Shown one piece after another: positions 18,892 through 28,499 of a stretch of 64,000 bases of DNA; the first letter of the stretch is position 1, and each line of letters begins with the position of its first letter. Position numbers and translations under genes: made by a program. The stretch lies in NCBI GenBank assembly GCA_903871235.1, contig CAIQGA010000111.1:8662-72661 (forward strand), given 5' to 3'. Below the pieces are notes generated by a model. That model was not told where the DNA came from, made no database searches, and was given only the letters and a program-made list of their open reading frames with translations. The stretch comes from an uncultured Chlorobiaceae bacterium. Lineage in GTDB: Bacteria; Bacteroidota; Chlorobiia; Chlorobiales; Chlorobiaceae.

Positions 18892-19198
18892 TTGGCAATC
18901 TGGCTCTTGGCGAGTACCCGTTCAGTGCGGTTTTTCTGATTGCTGTAATAAACGATCAGATGTGGCACAGAAAAACCATAGTCTACCAAAGAGAACAGTA
19001 CTTTCCAAAAAAGAAGATGCTGAACTGGCTGCGCCACAGGAAAGGAGATGAGTGAATTTTTGCTATAAGTATAAACTGCAGGGGGAGCAGAAGCCGATTG
19101 GTTGCCAGCCATATCCTGTTGAGAGGATGTGGCTGATAAAAAAAAGCTTGATTGCGGGAAATTATTTTCGGTGAGTGACGGATGGAAGGGGCGAAGCC

Positions 19199-20044
19199 TT
19201 ATGGAACGGCAATCCGGCCTTCGGCGATGAGCTGTTCGGTCTCATTTTCTTTGGCAATATAGCGCACAATTAATTCTCCAGTCCTGATCTCAACTCCCTT
19301 GGGTGGCGAGAGGGTCATTGAGACTGTGCGTTTTGGATTGGGGGTATAGACTGCAACGCCATTCATAGCGCCAACAGTGACCGCTTTTCCCGTGCCTTTA
19401 AATTGAACCACCAAATCACCGTAGGTTGATCGACTCCCCTCGCGCTCAATGGTGAAGTGAAGCCCTTTGGCATCAAAACGAAGGGCGCTCAGTCGAGTTG
19501 TTGCCGTCAGCGAGCCATAGCGCACAATGACCGGAATCGTTACGCCATAAATGGGTATCAGCTTGATCTGTATGCCCCGGCTTACCGAATCGGGTTTGAC
19601 CGCACTCTCAGCAGTGGGAATCAAACGAAAGCTCAGGTGAGAACGGTACTCGCCCTCGGCCAGATCAGCGGGTTTACGCAGCATCATCCGTACCATCTGT
19701 ACCTGACGAGGCTCAAGAATTACCCGTCGTGGGGAGAATCGAATCAGGGAGTCAGCAAAGCGATCCTGCGGGTCGGGCGTGTCAGTTGCGTCGATCTCCT
19801 TTATTTCACCGGCAGCATTCATGCGGTACTGCACGAAAGAGAGGGCGTATGTATGGGCAGTGTTGCTTCGGTTGACCAGTGCCAGTTCAGTGGTTTGCAT
19901 ATTTCCCTCAAAGACGACCCGTGTCGGTGTTACGAGCAGATCCTGGATTGAAGAGGCGGGTTCATCAGCGGCCATCGCCAGTTTGGCGGAACCGAACAGT
20001 GTGGCCATCATCAAGAGGGTCGAGAACAAGCGCTTGATCTTCAT
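19199..20044 (-). CDS. Periplasmic pilus assembly chaperone (PapD-like)
   Basis: Signal peptide; LLVTPTRVVFEG, LIRFSPRRVILEP...Q.VR, LAEGEYRSHL, YGVTIPVIVR. Confidence 0.82.
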   Translation of the reverse strand: MKIKRLFSTLLMMATLFGSAKLAMAADEPASSIQDLLVTPTRVVFEGNMQTTELALVNRSNTAHTYALSFVQYRMNAAGEIKEIDATDTPDPQDRFADSLIRFSPRRVILEPRQVQMVRMMLRKPADLAEGEYRSHLSFRLIPTAESAVKPDSVSRGIQIKLIPIYGVTIPVIVRYGSLTATTRLSALRFDAKGLHFTIEREGSRSTYGDLVVQFKGTGKAVTVGAMNGVAVYTPNPKRTVSMTLSPPKGVEIRTGELIVRYIAKENETEQLIAEGRIAVP

Positions 20045-20119
20045 AGTGCTTCACGAAAATGGTTTCTTTGTCATAGCAGTAATGCTTCACTGAATGATAA
20101 GAAATATTTAAGGAAATTT

Positions 20120-20653
20120 TTAATTGTAGGCTGCATCGACGTTAAAGCTTCCAGTGTAGCTGCCGGTTGCCTGGCCACTGGAAACCGACAGCACTCCGCC
20201 AACCTTGAATACTTCCTCACCGCTTTCATTGAGAGTGCCGGTGGCGTTATGCTCCAGGCCACTCACTGTCATTGATCCGCCACTGCCATTGGTGATGGTG
20301 GCCGTGGCGTCCATTGTTATGGAATAATGAAAACCCGCTTCACCGGTCACTTTAAATTGTGCCGGTCCGGTTGGTAACTGAGTGGTCAAGGTCAAACCAG
20401 TGGAGGGGGTAACCACACCGGCAGAGGTAACCGTAACTGTTCCGCCTGTTCCAGGAATAATGTGTCCAAAGGCAAGATTTCCCTGCGTTACATTTGCAAC
20501 ACTACTACGGTCAGTTTCGGGATTACTATTGTCTACAGAAATGGATATTGCTGTTCCGATTCTTGCTGTAGCAGTGCCCGACGTGGCAGAGGCATGGGAA
20601 GCAGGATAGAACAACGCGGCCATGCAGGAGAGGAGGAAAAATATTTTTTTCAT
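20120..20653 (-). CDS. DUF4402-type pilin-like secreted protein
   Basis: Signal peptide; GTATARIGTAI, GNLAFGHIIPGTGGTVTV, FKVGGVLSVSSGQATGSYTGSFNVDAAYN. Confidence 0.82.
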   Translation of the reverse strand: MKKIFFLLSCMAALFYPASHASATSGTATARIGTAISISVDNSNPETDRSSVANVTQGNLAFGHIIPGTGGTVTVTSAGVVTPSTGLTLTTQLPTGPAQFKVTGEAGFHYSITMDATATITNGSGGSMTVSGLEHNATGTLNESGEEVFKVGGVLSVSSGQATGSYTGSFNVDAAYN

Positions 20654-20668
20654 ACATGTTTAGGTTGT

Positions 20669-21181
20669 TCAGTAATTTACAGTTACGTCAAAGGTGCCTT
20701 TGTACACTCCCGCAGCTTGATTTTGCGCCACAGCGAGAGTTCCCCCTACCTTGAATGAATCATTATGATTGGTAAATTGGCCTTTTTTATCTCTGTCCAG
20801 GTTACTACTGGTCGATAACGTTACCGTCATCGTACTACCTTGAGGGTTTGTGATTTTGGTGGTTTGCGAAATTTTTACCTGGTAGGTTTTATTACTATGA
20901 ACGTCACCGATAACAGAAAATATTGCGGGGTGGCAGGTAGAACTTACGAGCACCACCGCTCCTGAGGAAGAACGTGATTGGTTATCAGCTTTATCAGGAT
21001 CGATTATGACCGCACCTCCGGCTCCAGGAACGATTGTGCCAAATGCCAGGTCAGTCAAAGCGCTGACACCAATGGCCGTTCCAATCGAAGCTGTTGCGGT
21101 GCCTTGGGCTGCTTGCGCATCATTTCCTGATGCGAGCAATAAAGCCGCCAGTCCTATGATGTATAAATTTTTTTTCTGCAA
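20669..21181 (-). CDS. DUF4402-type pilin-like secreted protein
   Basis: Probable TTG start at 21181 (track ORF extends to 21223); GTATASIGTAI, LAFGTIVPGAGG, FKVGGTLAVAQNQAAGVYKGTFDVTVNY. Confidence 0.8.
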   Translation of the reverse strand: MQKKNLYIIGLAALLLASGNDAQAAQGTATASIGTAIGVSALTDLAFGTIVPGAGGAVIIDPDKADNQSRSSSGAVVLVSSTCHPAIFSVIGDVHSNKTYQVKISQTTKITNPQGSTMTVTLSTSSNLDRDKKGQFTNHNDSFKVGGTLAVAQNQAAGVYKGTFDVTVNY

Positions 21182-21337
21182 GTTAAAATTACCCCGTTCA
21201 GTTCTCTTTCCTTGGTATGACACCCAGAGAGCATGCTGTTGTCAAAAAGATAAAAGTTTTGTTAATCACGAAACAGTGAAGGGCTGAAAACATATTTTCA
21301 GACCTCCACTGTAAATGAACGATATGCAAAAAGGTAC

Positions 21338-21868
21338 TTAATTGTATGCTACACTTATAGGAAAGGTTCCCTGGTACACACCAGCCACCTGGCCACTGGC
21401 AACAGTCAGTGTTCCACCAACATTAAAAACTTCCTGACCGCTTGCATCAAGTGCTCCTGCTGTAGTTGTTTTGGTGAAGGTACCAACAGCCATAGTTTCA
21501 CCAACAGACCCTGTTGTATTTGTGATATTAACTGATCCAACGGGTAGTGTTATCGTGTACGTATTACCAATATCTCCTGTGACTTTAAATTTCGCTGCTG
21601 ATTTTGTTATCTGATTGGTAAGCACTACTGTTCCTGTTGAACTTGATGCTCCTGCAGGTGTAATAGTCACCGTTCCGCCAGTGCCGGGAATAATGTGACC
21701 AAAGGCAAGATTACCTCCATTTGCGCCACTACCATCCTGAGTAATGGTTATCGCTGTTCCGATTTTTGCCGTAGCAGTACCTGTCGCAGAGTCTGTAAAC
21801 GCCTGAGCCTCACCACCAAAAGCAAGCAAAGCTGCTAAACTTGCGAGTGCCAAAATTCTCTTTGTCAT
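21338..21868 (-). CDS. DUF4402-type pilin-like secreted protein (first gene, probable major subunit)
   Basis: ATG at 21868 with AGGAG RBS; signal peptide ending AQA; GTATAKIGTAI, GNLAFGHIIPGTGGTVTI, FNVGGTLTVASGQVAGVYQGTFPISVAYN. Confidence 0.82.
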   Translation of the reverse strand: MTKRILALASLAALLAFGGEAQAFTDSATGTATAKIGTAITITQDGSGANGGNLAFGHIIPGTGGTVTITPAGASSSTGTVVLTNQITKSAAKFKVTGDIGNTYTITLPVGSVNITNTTGSVGETMAVGTFTKTTTAGALDASGQEVFNVGGTLTVASGQVAGVYQGTFPISVAYN

Positions 21869-22357
21869 GATGTATCTCCTGTTTCCGATTGAGTGATTGA
21901 TGTCTCTAAAAAAAATCTGATTCTGTAACCCGATTGTCACGGTGAGGCTCTTCTGAATCACTTCCCCTCACCACTATCTTGTTTCTGTGAGAAATATATA
22001 TAATTCAGTAATAAATAAAAAAAAATATATATGCTTTTTATATCGTTTAGAGCGTTCTTTGTGTCAATAATCGTTTATCTTGTTTTATTTAAAGGAGTTG
22101 GTCTTTTGTAAAAAAATACAGTTTTGGTGACCCTTATGACACAGTCGTATATATACGATTTGTGTTATTTTTATGGCTCAGTGGTGCAGAATTGTTCTGT
22201 CAACAGGTGCTTCACGGGGGAGGTTGGTGAGGGGAAGCAGAGGAAAAAAAATAGTTTACTATATTCAGCATCGCTGCAATGGCAGGCGTTGTGAGGCGCT
22301 GTTTTGTTGTTGTGCGCCCGGTTGATAACAGTTTTTTTTATTTTTACCGTTTTTTTT

Positions 22358-22894
22358 ATGGCAGCAACAGGCAGCGCAAAAATTGTTTATGTGACCGGCG
22401 GGGCTCGGAGCGGCAAGAGTTCGTTTGCCCTGCACCTTGCAGCGCCCTATAGAGCCCGGGTATTTCTGGCAACGGCGGAGCCTTTTGACGGGGAGATGGT
22501 GCAGCGGATAGGCAAGCACCGTGAGGAGCGGGGCGAGCAGTTTACAACAATTGAGGAGCCGCTCGCTCTCGATTGTGCACTCCGGGAACTCCCTGAAGGA
22601 ACCGGGGTGGTCTTGCTCGACTGCCTGACGGTCTGGGCAGGAAACCTCATGCACTACGGCGAGGAGAGGGGAGAGGGGGAGATTGAGCAACAGATTGAAC
22701 GTTTTCTTGAGGCGTTGCGCCATCCTCCCTGCGATATGATTCTTGTTTCCAATGAAGTTGGCATGGGCATTGTGCCGGAGAATGCCATGGCCAGAAGGTT
22801 TCGTGATATTGCCGGTATCATCAACCAGCGCGTTGCCTCTCTGGCATCGGAGGCATGGTTGTTGTGCAGCGGTTTGCCGCTCCGATTAAAGTAG
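22358..22894 (+). CDS. cobU: Bifunctional adenosylcobinamide kinase / cobinamide-phosphate guanylyltransferase
   Basis: VTGGARSGKSSFA, LATA, RIGKHREER, LLDCLTVW, VSNEVGMGIVP, FRDIAGIINQ. Start at the ATG at 22358. Confidence 0.95.
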   Translation: MAATGSAKIVYVTGGARSGKSSFALHLAAPYRARVFLATAEPFDGEMVQRIGKHREERGEQFTTIEEPLALDCALRELPEGTGVVLLDCLTVWAGNLMHYGEERGEGEIEQQIERFLEALRHPPCDMILVSNEVGMGIVPENAMARRFRDIAGIINQRVASLASEAWLLCSGLPLRLK

Positions 22895-22962
22895 AAAAGG
22901 TAGCGAGGGCTAACGAGGGTTAAAGTGCCCGAATTAACTGATAACAGTATAATAGTAGAATT

Positions 22963-24036
22963 ATGCGTGAAGAGTTGCAGCAGTTGCTGGATTGCATCAA
23001 GCCGGTCTCCCGCTCGATGAGCGATGCGGCCCGTGCCCATCTTGATGATTTGACCAAACCGCAGGGGAGCCTGGGACGACTGGAGGAGATTGCCCTGAAC
23101 TATGTTCTGGCGACTGGCAGTTTGACGCCCCGGCTTGCAAAAAAGAAAATATACTGTTTTGCCGCCGACCATGGTGTAGCAGTTGAGGGGGTCTCGGCCT
23201 TTCCGGCAGAGGTGACGCCGCAGATGGTTTATAACATGCTCAGTGGCGGTGCGGCCATTAATGTGCTGACGCGCCATGCAGGTGTTGACCTTGATGTGGT
23301 GGATATGGGTGTAAACCATCATTTTCCGGACTTGGCAGGGCTTGTCAAAAGAAAGGTGCGGCCCGGCAGTGCCAACATGGCCATCGGCCCGGCAATGAGT
23401 GAAGAGGAGGCCCTGCAGGCGCTGCTTTGCGGGGCGGAACTGGCAATTGAAGCTCAAGAGGCGGGCTACCATCTTCTTGGTACCGGAGAGATGGGGATTG
23501 CCAATACCACTCCGGCAACGGCTCTTTATTCTGTTCTGCTTGAAGTGCCGGTTGAGGAGATTACGGGCAGGGGCACCGGTATTGATGATGAGCGCCTGCA
23601 CCACAAGATAGCGGTTATCAAACAAGCTATTGCCGTTAATGCCTCATGTTGCACAACGCCCCTGGGGACGCTTGCTGCGCTTGGTGGTTACGAAATTGCG
23701 GCCATAACAGGCTTCATTCTTGGTGCTGCCGCAGCCCGTATTCCGGTTGTGGTCGATGGCTTTATCTCTTCTGCCGGTGCGGTGGTGGCGCTCAAACTCT
23801 GCCCTGAAGTTGAAGGTTATCTCTTTTTCAGCCACCTTTCCAACGAACAGGGGCACAGGGCGGTGATGGAGAAGCTTGGTGCTCGGCCGATTCTTGATCT
23901 TGATCTCCGTCTTGGAGAGGGAACGGGAGCGGCAATCGCCATGCAACTCATTGAGGGTGCTGTGAAAATTTACAATCAGATGGCTACCTTCAGTGGAGCA
24001 AAAGTGAGTGAAAAATCGGGGAGTAAGGGGTGCTGA
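22963..24036 (+). CDS. cobT: Nicotinate-nucleotide--dimethylbenzimidazole phosphoribosyltransferase
   Basis: [50 protein letters not shown]. Confidence 0.96.
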   Translation: MREELQQLLDCIKPVSRSMSDAARAHLDDLTKPQGSLGRLEEIALNYVLATGSLTPRLAKKKIYCFAADHGVAVEGVSAFPAEVTPQMVYNMLSGGAAINVLTRHAGVDLDVVDMGVNHHFPDLAGLVKRKVRPGSANMAIGPAMSEEEALQALLCGAELAIEAQEAGYHLLGTGEMGIANTTPATALYSVLLEVPVEEITGRGTGIDDERLHHKIAVIKQAIAVNASCCTTPLGTLAALGGYEIAAITGFILGAAAARIPVVVDGFISSAGAVVALKLCPEVEGYLFFSHLSNEQGHRAVMEKLGARPILDLDLRLGEGTGAAIAMQLIEGAVKIYNQMATFSGAKVSEKSGSKGC

Positions 24037-24782
24037 GTGGCCTCGTCACAGCTCTCAGGACACTTACCGTTCTTCCCGTTCCTGGGCGGGAGAGCGACAC
24101 CTTCAGCCGCTCACTTTTCTGGTTTCCAGTTGTCGGCCTGTTGCTCGGACTCATGGAGGCATCGATTGGCTTTTTCAGCTCCCTTACCGGGTGGAATGAA
24201 CTCTCGGCGGCGCTTGTGCTGCTTGGCGGTATCGCCTTGAGCCGGGGAATGCACGCTGATGGTCTGGCCGATCTGGCCGATGGATTCTGGGGAGGCAGGA
24301 CGAGGGAGGCGATACTGAGAATTATGAAAGATCCCAATGTCGGCTCTTTTGGGGCAATTGCCCTTTTCTCCGTGATGCTGCTCAAATGGATTGCCCTTTT
24401 TAAACTGGTCGGACTTGGAGCGTTTGAGCTGATTGCCGCAGGTGTTTTGCTTGCCCGCCAGGTACAGGTTCTTCTTGCTTCATCCCTCCCTTATGCCCGA
24501 AAAGAGGGAGGCACCGCGCAGGCTTTTGTGGGCGGGGCTGGAGCGCATCACAGTGTGGCAACCTCCCTGCTGACGCTCCTTTTTCTCTTGCCTCTCCTTC
24601 ACGCCGAACTTTCAGCGCTCGCTGTGGTCATTGCCGCTGCGCTCGCTGCCGCACTGTTGACCGGCGCTTTGAGCTGGCGCAAAATCGGGGGCGTCACCGG
24701 AGATGTGCTCGGGGCGGGAAGCGAGGTGACCGAGCTCTTCGTCTGGATTGCGGCCGCGCTTTATGCTGGCTTCAAGGCATAG
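24030..24782 (+). CDS. cobS: Adenosylcobinamide-GDP ribazoletransferase (cobalamin synthase)
   Basis: [34 protein letters not shown]; multiple TM helices. Confidence 0.95.
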   Translation: MLSGLVTALRTLTVLPVPGRESDTFSRSLFWFPVVGLLLGLMEASIGFFSSLTGWNELSAALVLLGGIALSRGMHADGLADLADGFWGGRTREAILRIMKDPNVGSFGAIALFSVMLLKWIALFKLVGLGAFELIAAGVLLARQVQVLLASSLPYARKEGGTAQAFVGGAGAHHSVATSLLTLLFLLPLLHAELSALAVVIAAALAAALLTGALSWRKIGGVTGDVLGAGSEVTELFVWIAAALYAGFKA

Positions 24783-24805
24783 CGAGGGGCTCAAGGGTGT
24801 CAGTT

Positions 24806-25285
24806 TCATGAAGCAATGCGATATTTCATTGCAACCGTTACCTCAAGCTCTTTTTTATCGAGCGTGAAAACACAATCCTCGAATTTTGGCCCGCCAAACC
24901 CGATCTTCGGGTTGTTTGAAACGCCAACACCCTCTTTGGGTATGCCAATAAAGTTGGTATCGAGTTTTCCGTTGTTGTTTTCGTCGTGCATGACGCTGAG
25001 GGCGTAACTGCCAAAGGGAAGATGCTCAAAAACAACCGTTTCGGCACTGCTGCTCATATTTTTCATTACTGAGCGACAGGCTTGCTGGTGTTTGCCGGGA
25101 AACCCTTTTTTTGAGTTGTAGAGCGAAACGCCAAACATGCCGGGAAGGTTTTTCATGCCGCTAATATGCACCGTGATTGAGCCAAACCGGGTTAGGGGTT
25201 CAGGAGTGTTTTCTGCTGCGAAAACTGCGGCGGAAATTGCAAAAACAAAAAAGAGGGCGGTGAAAATTGTGAACAGTTTTTTCAT
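24806..25285 (-). CDS. DUF2141-family secreted protein
   Basis: Signal peptide; YALSVMHDENNNGKLDTNFIGIPKEGVGVSNN, GPKFEDCVF. Confidence 0.85.
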   Translation of the reverse strand: MKKLFTIFTALFFVFAISAAVFAAENTPEPLTRFGSITVHISGMKNLPGMFGVSLYNSKKGFPGKHQQACRSVMKNMSSSAETVVFEHLPFGSYALSVMHDENNNGKLDTNFIGIPKEGVGVSNNPKIGFGGPKFEDCVFTLDKKELEVTVAMKYRIAS

Positions 25286-25475
25286 AGGAAGTGGTAAGAA
25301 GGATTATCCAGAGCATGATCAATTACTATTGCGCTGCACGCAATATGGATAATCATAACACCCTGTACAATAAAAAGATTTGGCGCGGCAATAACCTGCC
25401 GTTTTCTGTTTTTTTGAGATAAAAAAACTGCGTAAATTGTTATAAAATCTTTTTATCCAAAGCAAGAGAACGGTC

Positions 25476-28400
25476 ATGAAGAAAAAGTTACCAGCCACTG
25501 ATCTGAAAGTCGGAGCAGAAGGTTCCGGGGAGCATCCACCTCGCAAGTTCTCTTTTCCTGTTATCGGGATTGGGGCTTCGGCGGGCGGGCTTGAAGCGCT
25601 GGAAATTTTTTTAAAAAATGTTTCACCCCGATGCGGTGTTGCCTTTGTGATTGTTCAGCATCTTGATCCGACGCACAAGGGGATTATGGTGGAACTGCTT
25701 CAGCGGGTTACCGGTATGGAGGTGGTTCAGGTCAGCGACAGGATTTTTATTGAAAAAAACCACGTCTATGTCATTCCTCCGAACAAGGATATGTCGATGT
25801 TGAACGGTATGCTGCATTTGCTTGATCCTGTTCAGCCACGGGGATTGCGCTTGCCAATCGACTTTTTTTTTCGTTCCATGGCTGATGATCTTTGCCAGCA
25901 CTCCGTCGGAGTGATTCTTTCAGGCATGGGTTCTGACGGTACGTTGGGTTTGCGTGCCATACAGGAGAAGGGTGGTGGTGTTTTTGTTCAGGATCCTGCA
26001 TCGGCCAAGTTTGACGGCATGCCTCGCAGTGCAATCAATGCCGGCCTGGCCGATGTTGTCGCTCCGGTAGAGGAACTCCCGGCAAGAATCTTTGCCTATC
26101 TCAAGCATATTCATTCATTTTGTGTTGAAGAGCATCGCCTTGAGGTGAGTGCCCAGAGTGCCCTGGAAAAGGTGATAATCCTTTTACGTGCACAGACCGG
26201 TCACGATTTTTCGATGTATAAAAAAAATACCGTCTACCGCCGCATCGAACGTCGTATGGGCATTCATGAGATTGAAAAGATTGCCATGTATGTCCATTTT
26301 TTGCAGGAAAATCCGCATGAAGTTGAACTGCTCTTCAAGGAGTTGTTGATTGGGGTTACAAGCTTTTTTCGTGATCCGGGCGTTTGGGAGGTGTTGAAAA
26401 AGAGCGCAATTCCCTCTCTTCTCTCTTTCCAACCGGCTGATGGTCTCTTTCGAGCATGGGTGAGCGGCTGTTCTACCGGCGAGGAAGCCTATTCTCTCGC
26501 CATTGCTTTCAGGGAGGTGGTTGATGCGCTCAAACCGGCGAAGAATTTCAGACTGCAGATTTTTGCAACAGACCTCGATAAAGATGCCATTGACAGGGCT
26601 CGCCAGGGGATCTATCCGGCCAATATCGCAAGTGATGTTTCGCCCGATCGGTTGCAGCGTTTTTTTGTAAAAGACGAGCATCATGGCTACAGGATATCAA
26701 GAGATATTCGCGAAACGATTGTTTTTGCGCCCCATAATGTCATCATGGACCCTCCTTTTACCAAGCTCGATATTATTGTATGCCGAAACCTTTTGATTTA
26801 TATGGAGCAGGAGTTGCAGAAAAAGCTTCTCCCCCTGTTTCATTACAGCCTCAATGCGGGTGGTCTTCTTTTTCTCGGGACAGCAGAAAGCATCGGTTCC
26901 TTTACCTATCTTTTTGACTCTCTTGATGCCAAGGCTCGAATTTTTCGAAAACTTCGTTATGGCCACCGCGCAGAGCCGGTCGAGTTTCCCGCCTCTTTTG
27001 CTCCTGTGTTATATAAATCAGCGGAGATGATTGGCCATCGCGCCGTAATGAAAGCAGGCGATATGAACCTGCAGTCAGTAACTGATCAGTTTTTGCTTCA
27101 GCATTATACTCCGGCGGGGGTACTGACCAACGAAAAGGGTGATATCATCTCTATCAGTGGGCGCACAGGCAAGTACCTTGAGCCTGCAGCAGGCAAGGCT
27201 AACTGGAATGTCTTTGCCATGGCTCGTGAAGGGCTTCGCTACGAACTGAATATCCTCTTTGGAAGTGTGATTCGCAAAAAAAAGAGCCTTGTAAAAAAAG
27301 GGGTGGTGGTTGGCACAAACGGTGGCAGGCAGCAGGTCGATTTGACGGTTGAGTTGCTTGAAGCGCCTGAAATTTTACGAGGGTTGCTGCTGATTGTTTT
27401 TAAAGATGTTGATGGTGTTTCGGCTGATTTGGTAACAGGGAGTGCTGAACATGCAGACGCCGGAAGTGATCATGCGGAGTTGATCGGTCAAGAGCTCAAG
27501 GAGGCGCAGAATGAAATTTTGATTATTCGCGAAGAGATGCAGACCTCCCAGGAAGAGCTAAAATCGATGAATGAAGAGATGCAGTCGGCCAATGAAGAGT
27601 TGCAGAGCACCAACGAAGAGCTGACAACCTCAAAAGAGGAGATGCAGTCACTCAATGAGGAGTTGCAGACGGTCAATCATGAGCTGCAATCGAAGGTGAC
27701 CGATTTGTCGGAAACCAATAATGATATGAAAAATCTGCTCAACAGCACTGATATTGCAACACTCTTTCTTGATGATGCGCTCAATATACGCCGCTTCACC
27801 AACCGGACGGCAGCAATTATCAAGCTGATTGCGACCGACATTGGTCGTCCCGTCACCGATATTGTGACTGATCTGCACTATCCCAACCTGATTGATGATG
27901 CGCGTGAAGTGCTTCGCACCCTTGTGTACAGTGAAAAACAGATTCCGGCAAGTGACGGCAGGTGGTTTATTGTTAAAATCATGCCCTATCGTACGCAGGA
28001 AAACAGGATTGTCGGGCTGGTGATTACCTTTACCGACATCACTGCTGTCAAGAAGTTTGAGGGCTCTTTGCAGGAAAGTGAAGAGCGTTTTCGCTTTTTG
28101 TTTGAAGCGATGCCTGGCGGCGCTCTCCTCCAGGATTGTGATGGCAAAATTCTGATGGTCAACAGGGAGGCGGAACGGATGTTTGGAATTTCTGAAAAAG
28201 AGATGCAGGGCAAAATGATGGAGGAGTTGCGATTGAAAGCTCTTCATGAAGATGGCTCTCCATTTGCGGTTGGCGACTATCCTTTTCAGCTTGCTTTGCA
28301 ATCCGGCAAGCCTGTCAAAGAGATCATGATGGGTCTGTTGCAACATTCAGACAAGGAGTGCCGCTGGATCAAGGTCAGCGCAGTGTCTCGTTTCAAGGCG

Positions 28401-28499
28401 GAGAGGGCGCAATCAGTTCAGGTTGTCTCAACATTTTTTGAAATACCAAACCACCTGCCAGGGAGCAAGAGTGGTGGAAGCGAGGAGTGTCAATCATGA
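25476..28499 (+). CDS. CheB-CheR fusion (methylesterase + methyltransferase + coiled coil + PAS domains), copy 1
   Basis: CheB triad GASAGG / VQHLDP / SGMGSDG; CheR FFRD, GCSTGEEAYS, ATDLD, CRNLLIY; EELQSTNEEL heptads; C-terminal PAS domains; no kinase domain. Confidence 0.93.
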   Translation: MKKKLPATDLKVGAEGSGEHPPRKFSFPVIGIGASAGGLEALEIFLKNVSPRCGVAFVIVQHLDPTHKGIMVELLQRVTGMEVVQVSDRIFIEKNHVYVIPPNKDMSMLNGMLHLLDPVQPRGLRLPIDFFFRSMADDLCQHSVGVILSGMGSDGTLGLRAIQEKGGGVFVQDPASAKFDGMPRSAINAGLADVVAPVEELPARIFAYLKHIHSFCVEEHRLEVSAQSALEKVIILLRAQTGHDFSMYKKNTVYRRIERRMGIHEIEKIAMYVHFLQENPHEVELLFKELLIGVTSFFRDPGVWEVLKKSAIPSLLSFQPADGLFRAWVSGCSTGEEAYSLAIAFREVVDALKPAKNFRLQIFATDLDKDAIDRARQGIYPANIASDVSPDRLQRFFVKDEHHGYRISRDIRETIVFAPHNVIMDPPFTKLDIIVCRNLLIYMEQELQKKLLPLFHYSLNAGGLLFLGTAESIGSFTYLFDSLDAKARIFRKLRYGHRAEPVEFPASFAPVLYKSAEMIGHRAVMKAGDMNLQSVTDQFLLQHYTPAGVLTNEKGDIISISGRTGKYLEPAAGKANWNVFAMAREGLRYELNILFGSVIRKKKSLVKKGVVVGTNGGRQQVDLTVELLEAPEILRGLLLIVFKDVDGVSADLVTGSAEHADAGSDHAELIGQELKEAQNEILIIREEMQTSQEELKSMNEEMQSANEELQSTNEELTTSKEEMQSLNEELQTVNHELQSKVTDLSETNNDMKNLLNSTDIATLFLDDALNIRRFTNRTAAIIKLIATDIGRPVTDIVTDLHYPNLIDDAREVLRTLVYSEKQIPASDGRWFIVKIMPYRTQENRIVGLVITFTDITAVKKFEGSLQESEERFRFLFEAMPGGALLQDCDGKILMVNREAERMFGISEKEMQGKMMEELRLKALHEDGSPFAVGDYPFQLALQSGKPVKEIMMGLLQHSDKECRWIKVSAVSRFKAERAQSVQVVSTFFEIPNHLPGSKSGGSEECQS

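Noticed and set aside
18828-19112. 94-aa ORF between chaperone and usher
   Set aside because: Overlaps the usher start out of frame; no signal peptide, RBS or motif.
22201-22250. Possible cobalamin riboswitch upstream of cobU (aacaggtgcttc...gaagca)
   Set aside because: Only a P2-like stem is present. The AGGGAA, GGTG.AA.TCC and GC.ACTG core motifs are missing, so at most a relic.
1347-22357. Calling the block between cbiR and cobU a single mobile element
   Set aside because: No integrase, transposase, tRNA target or terminal direct repeats seen; treated only as an accessory region.
22654-23625. 323-aa minus-strand ORF
   Set aside because: Antisense to cobU/cobT; no family signal.
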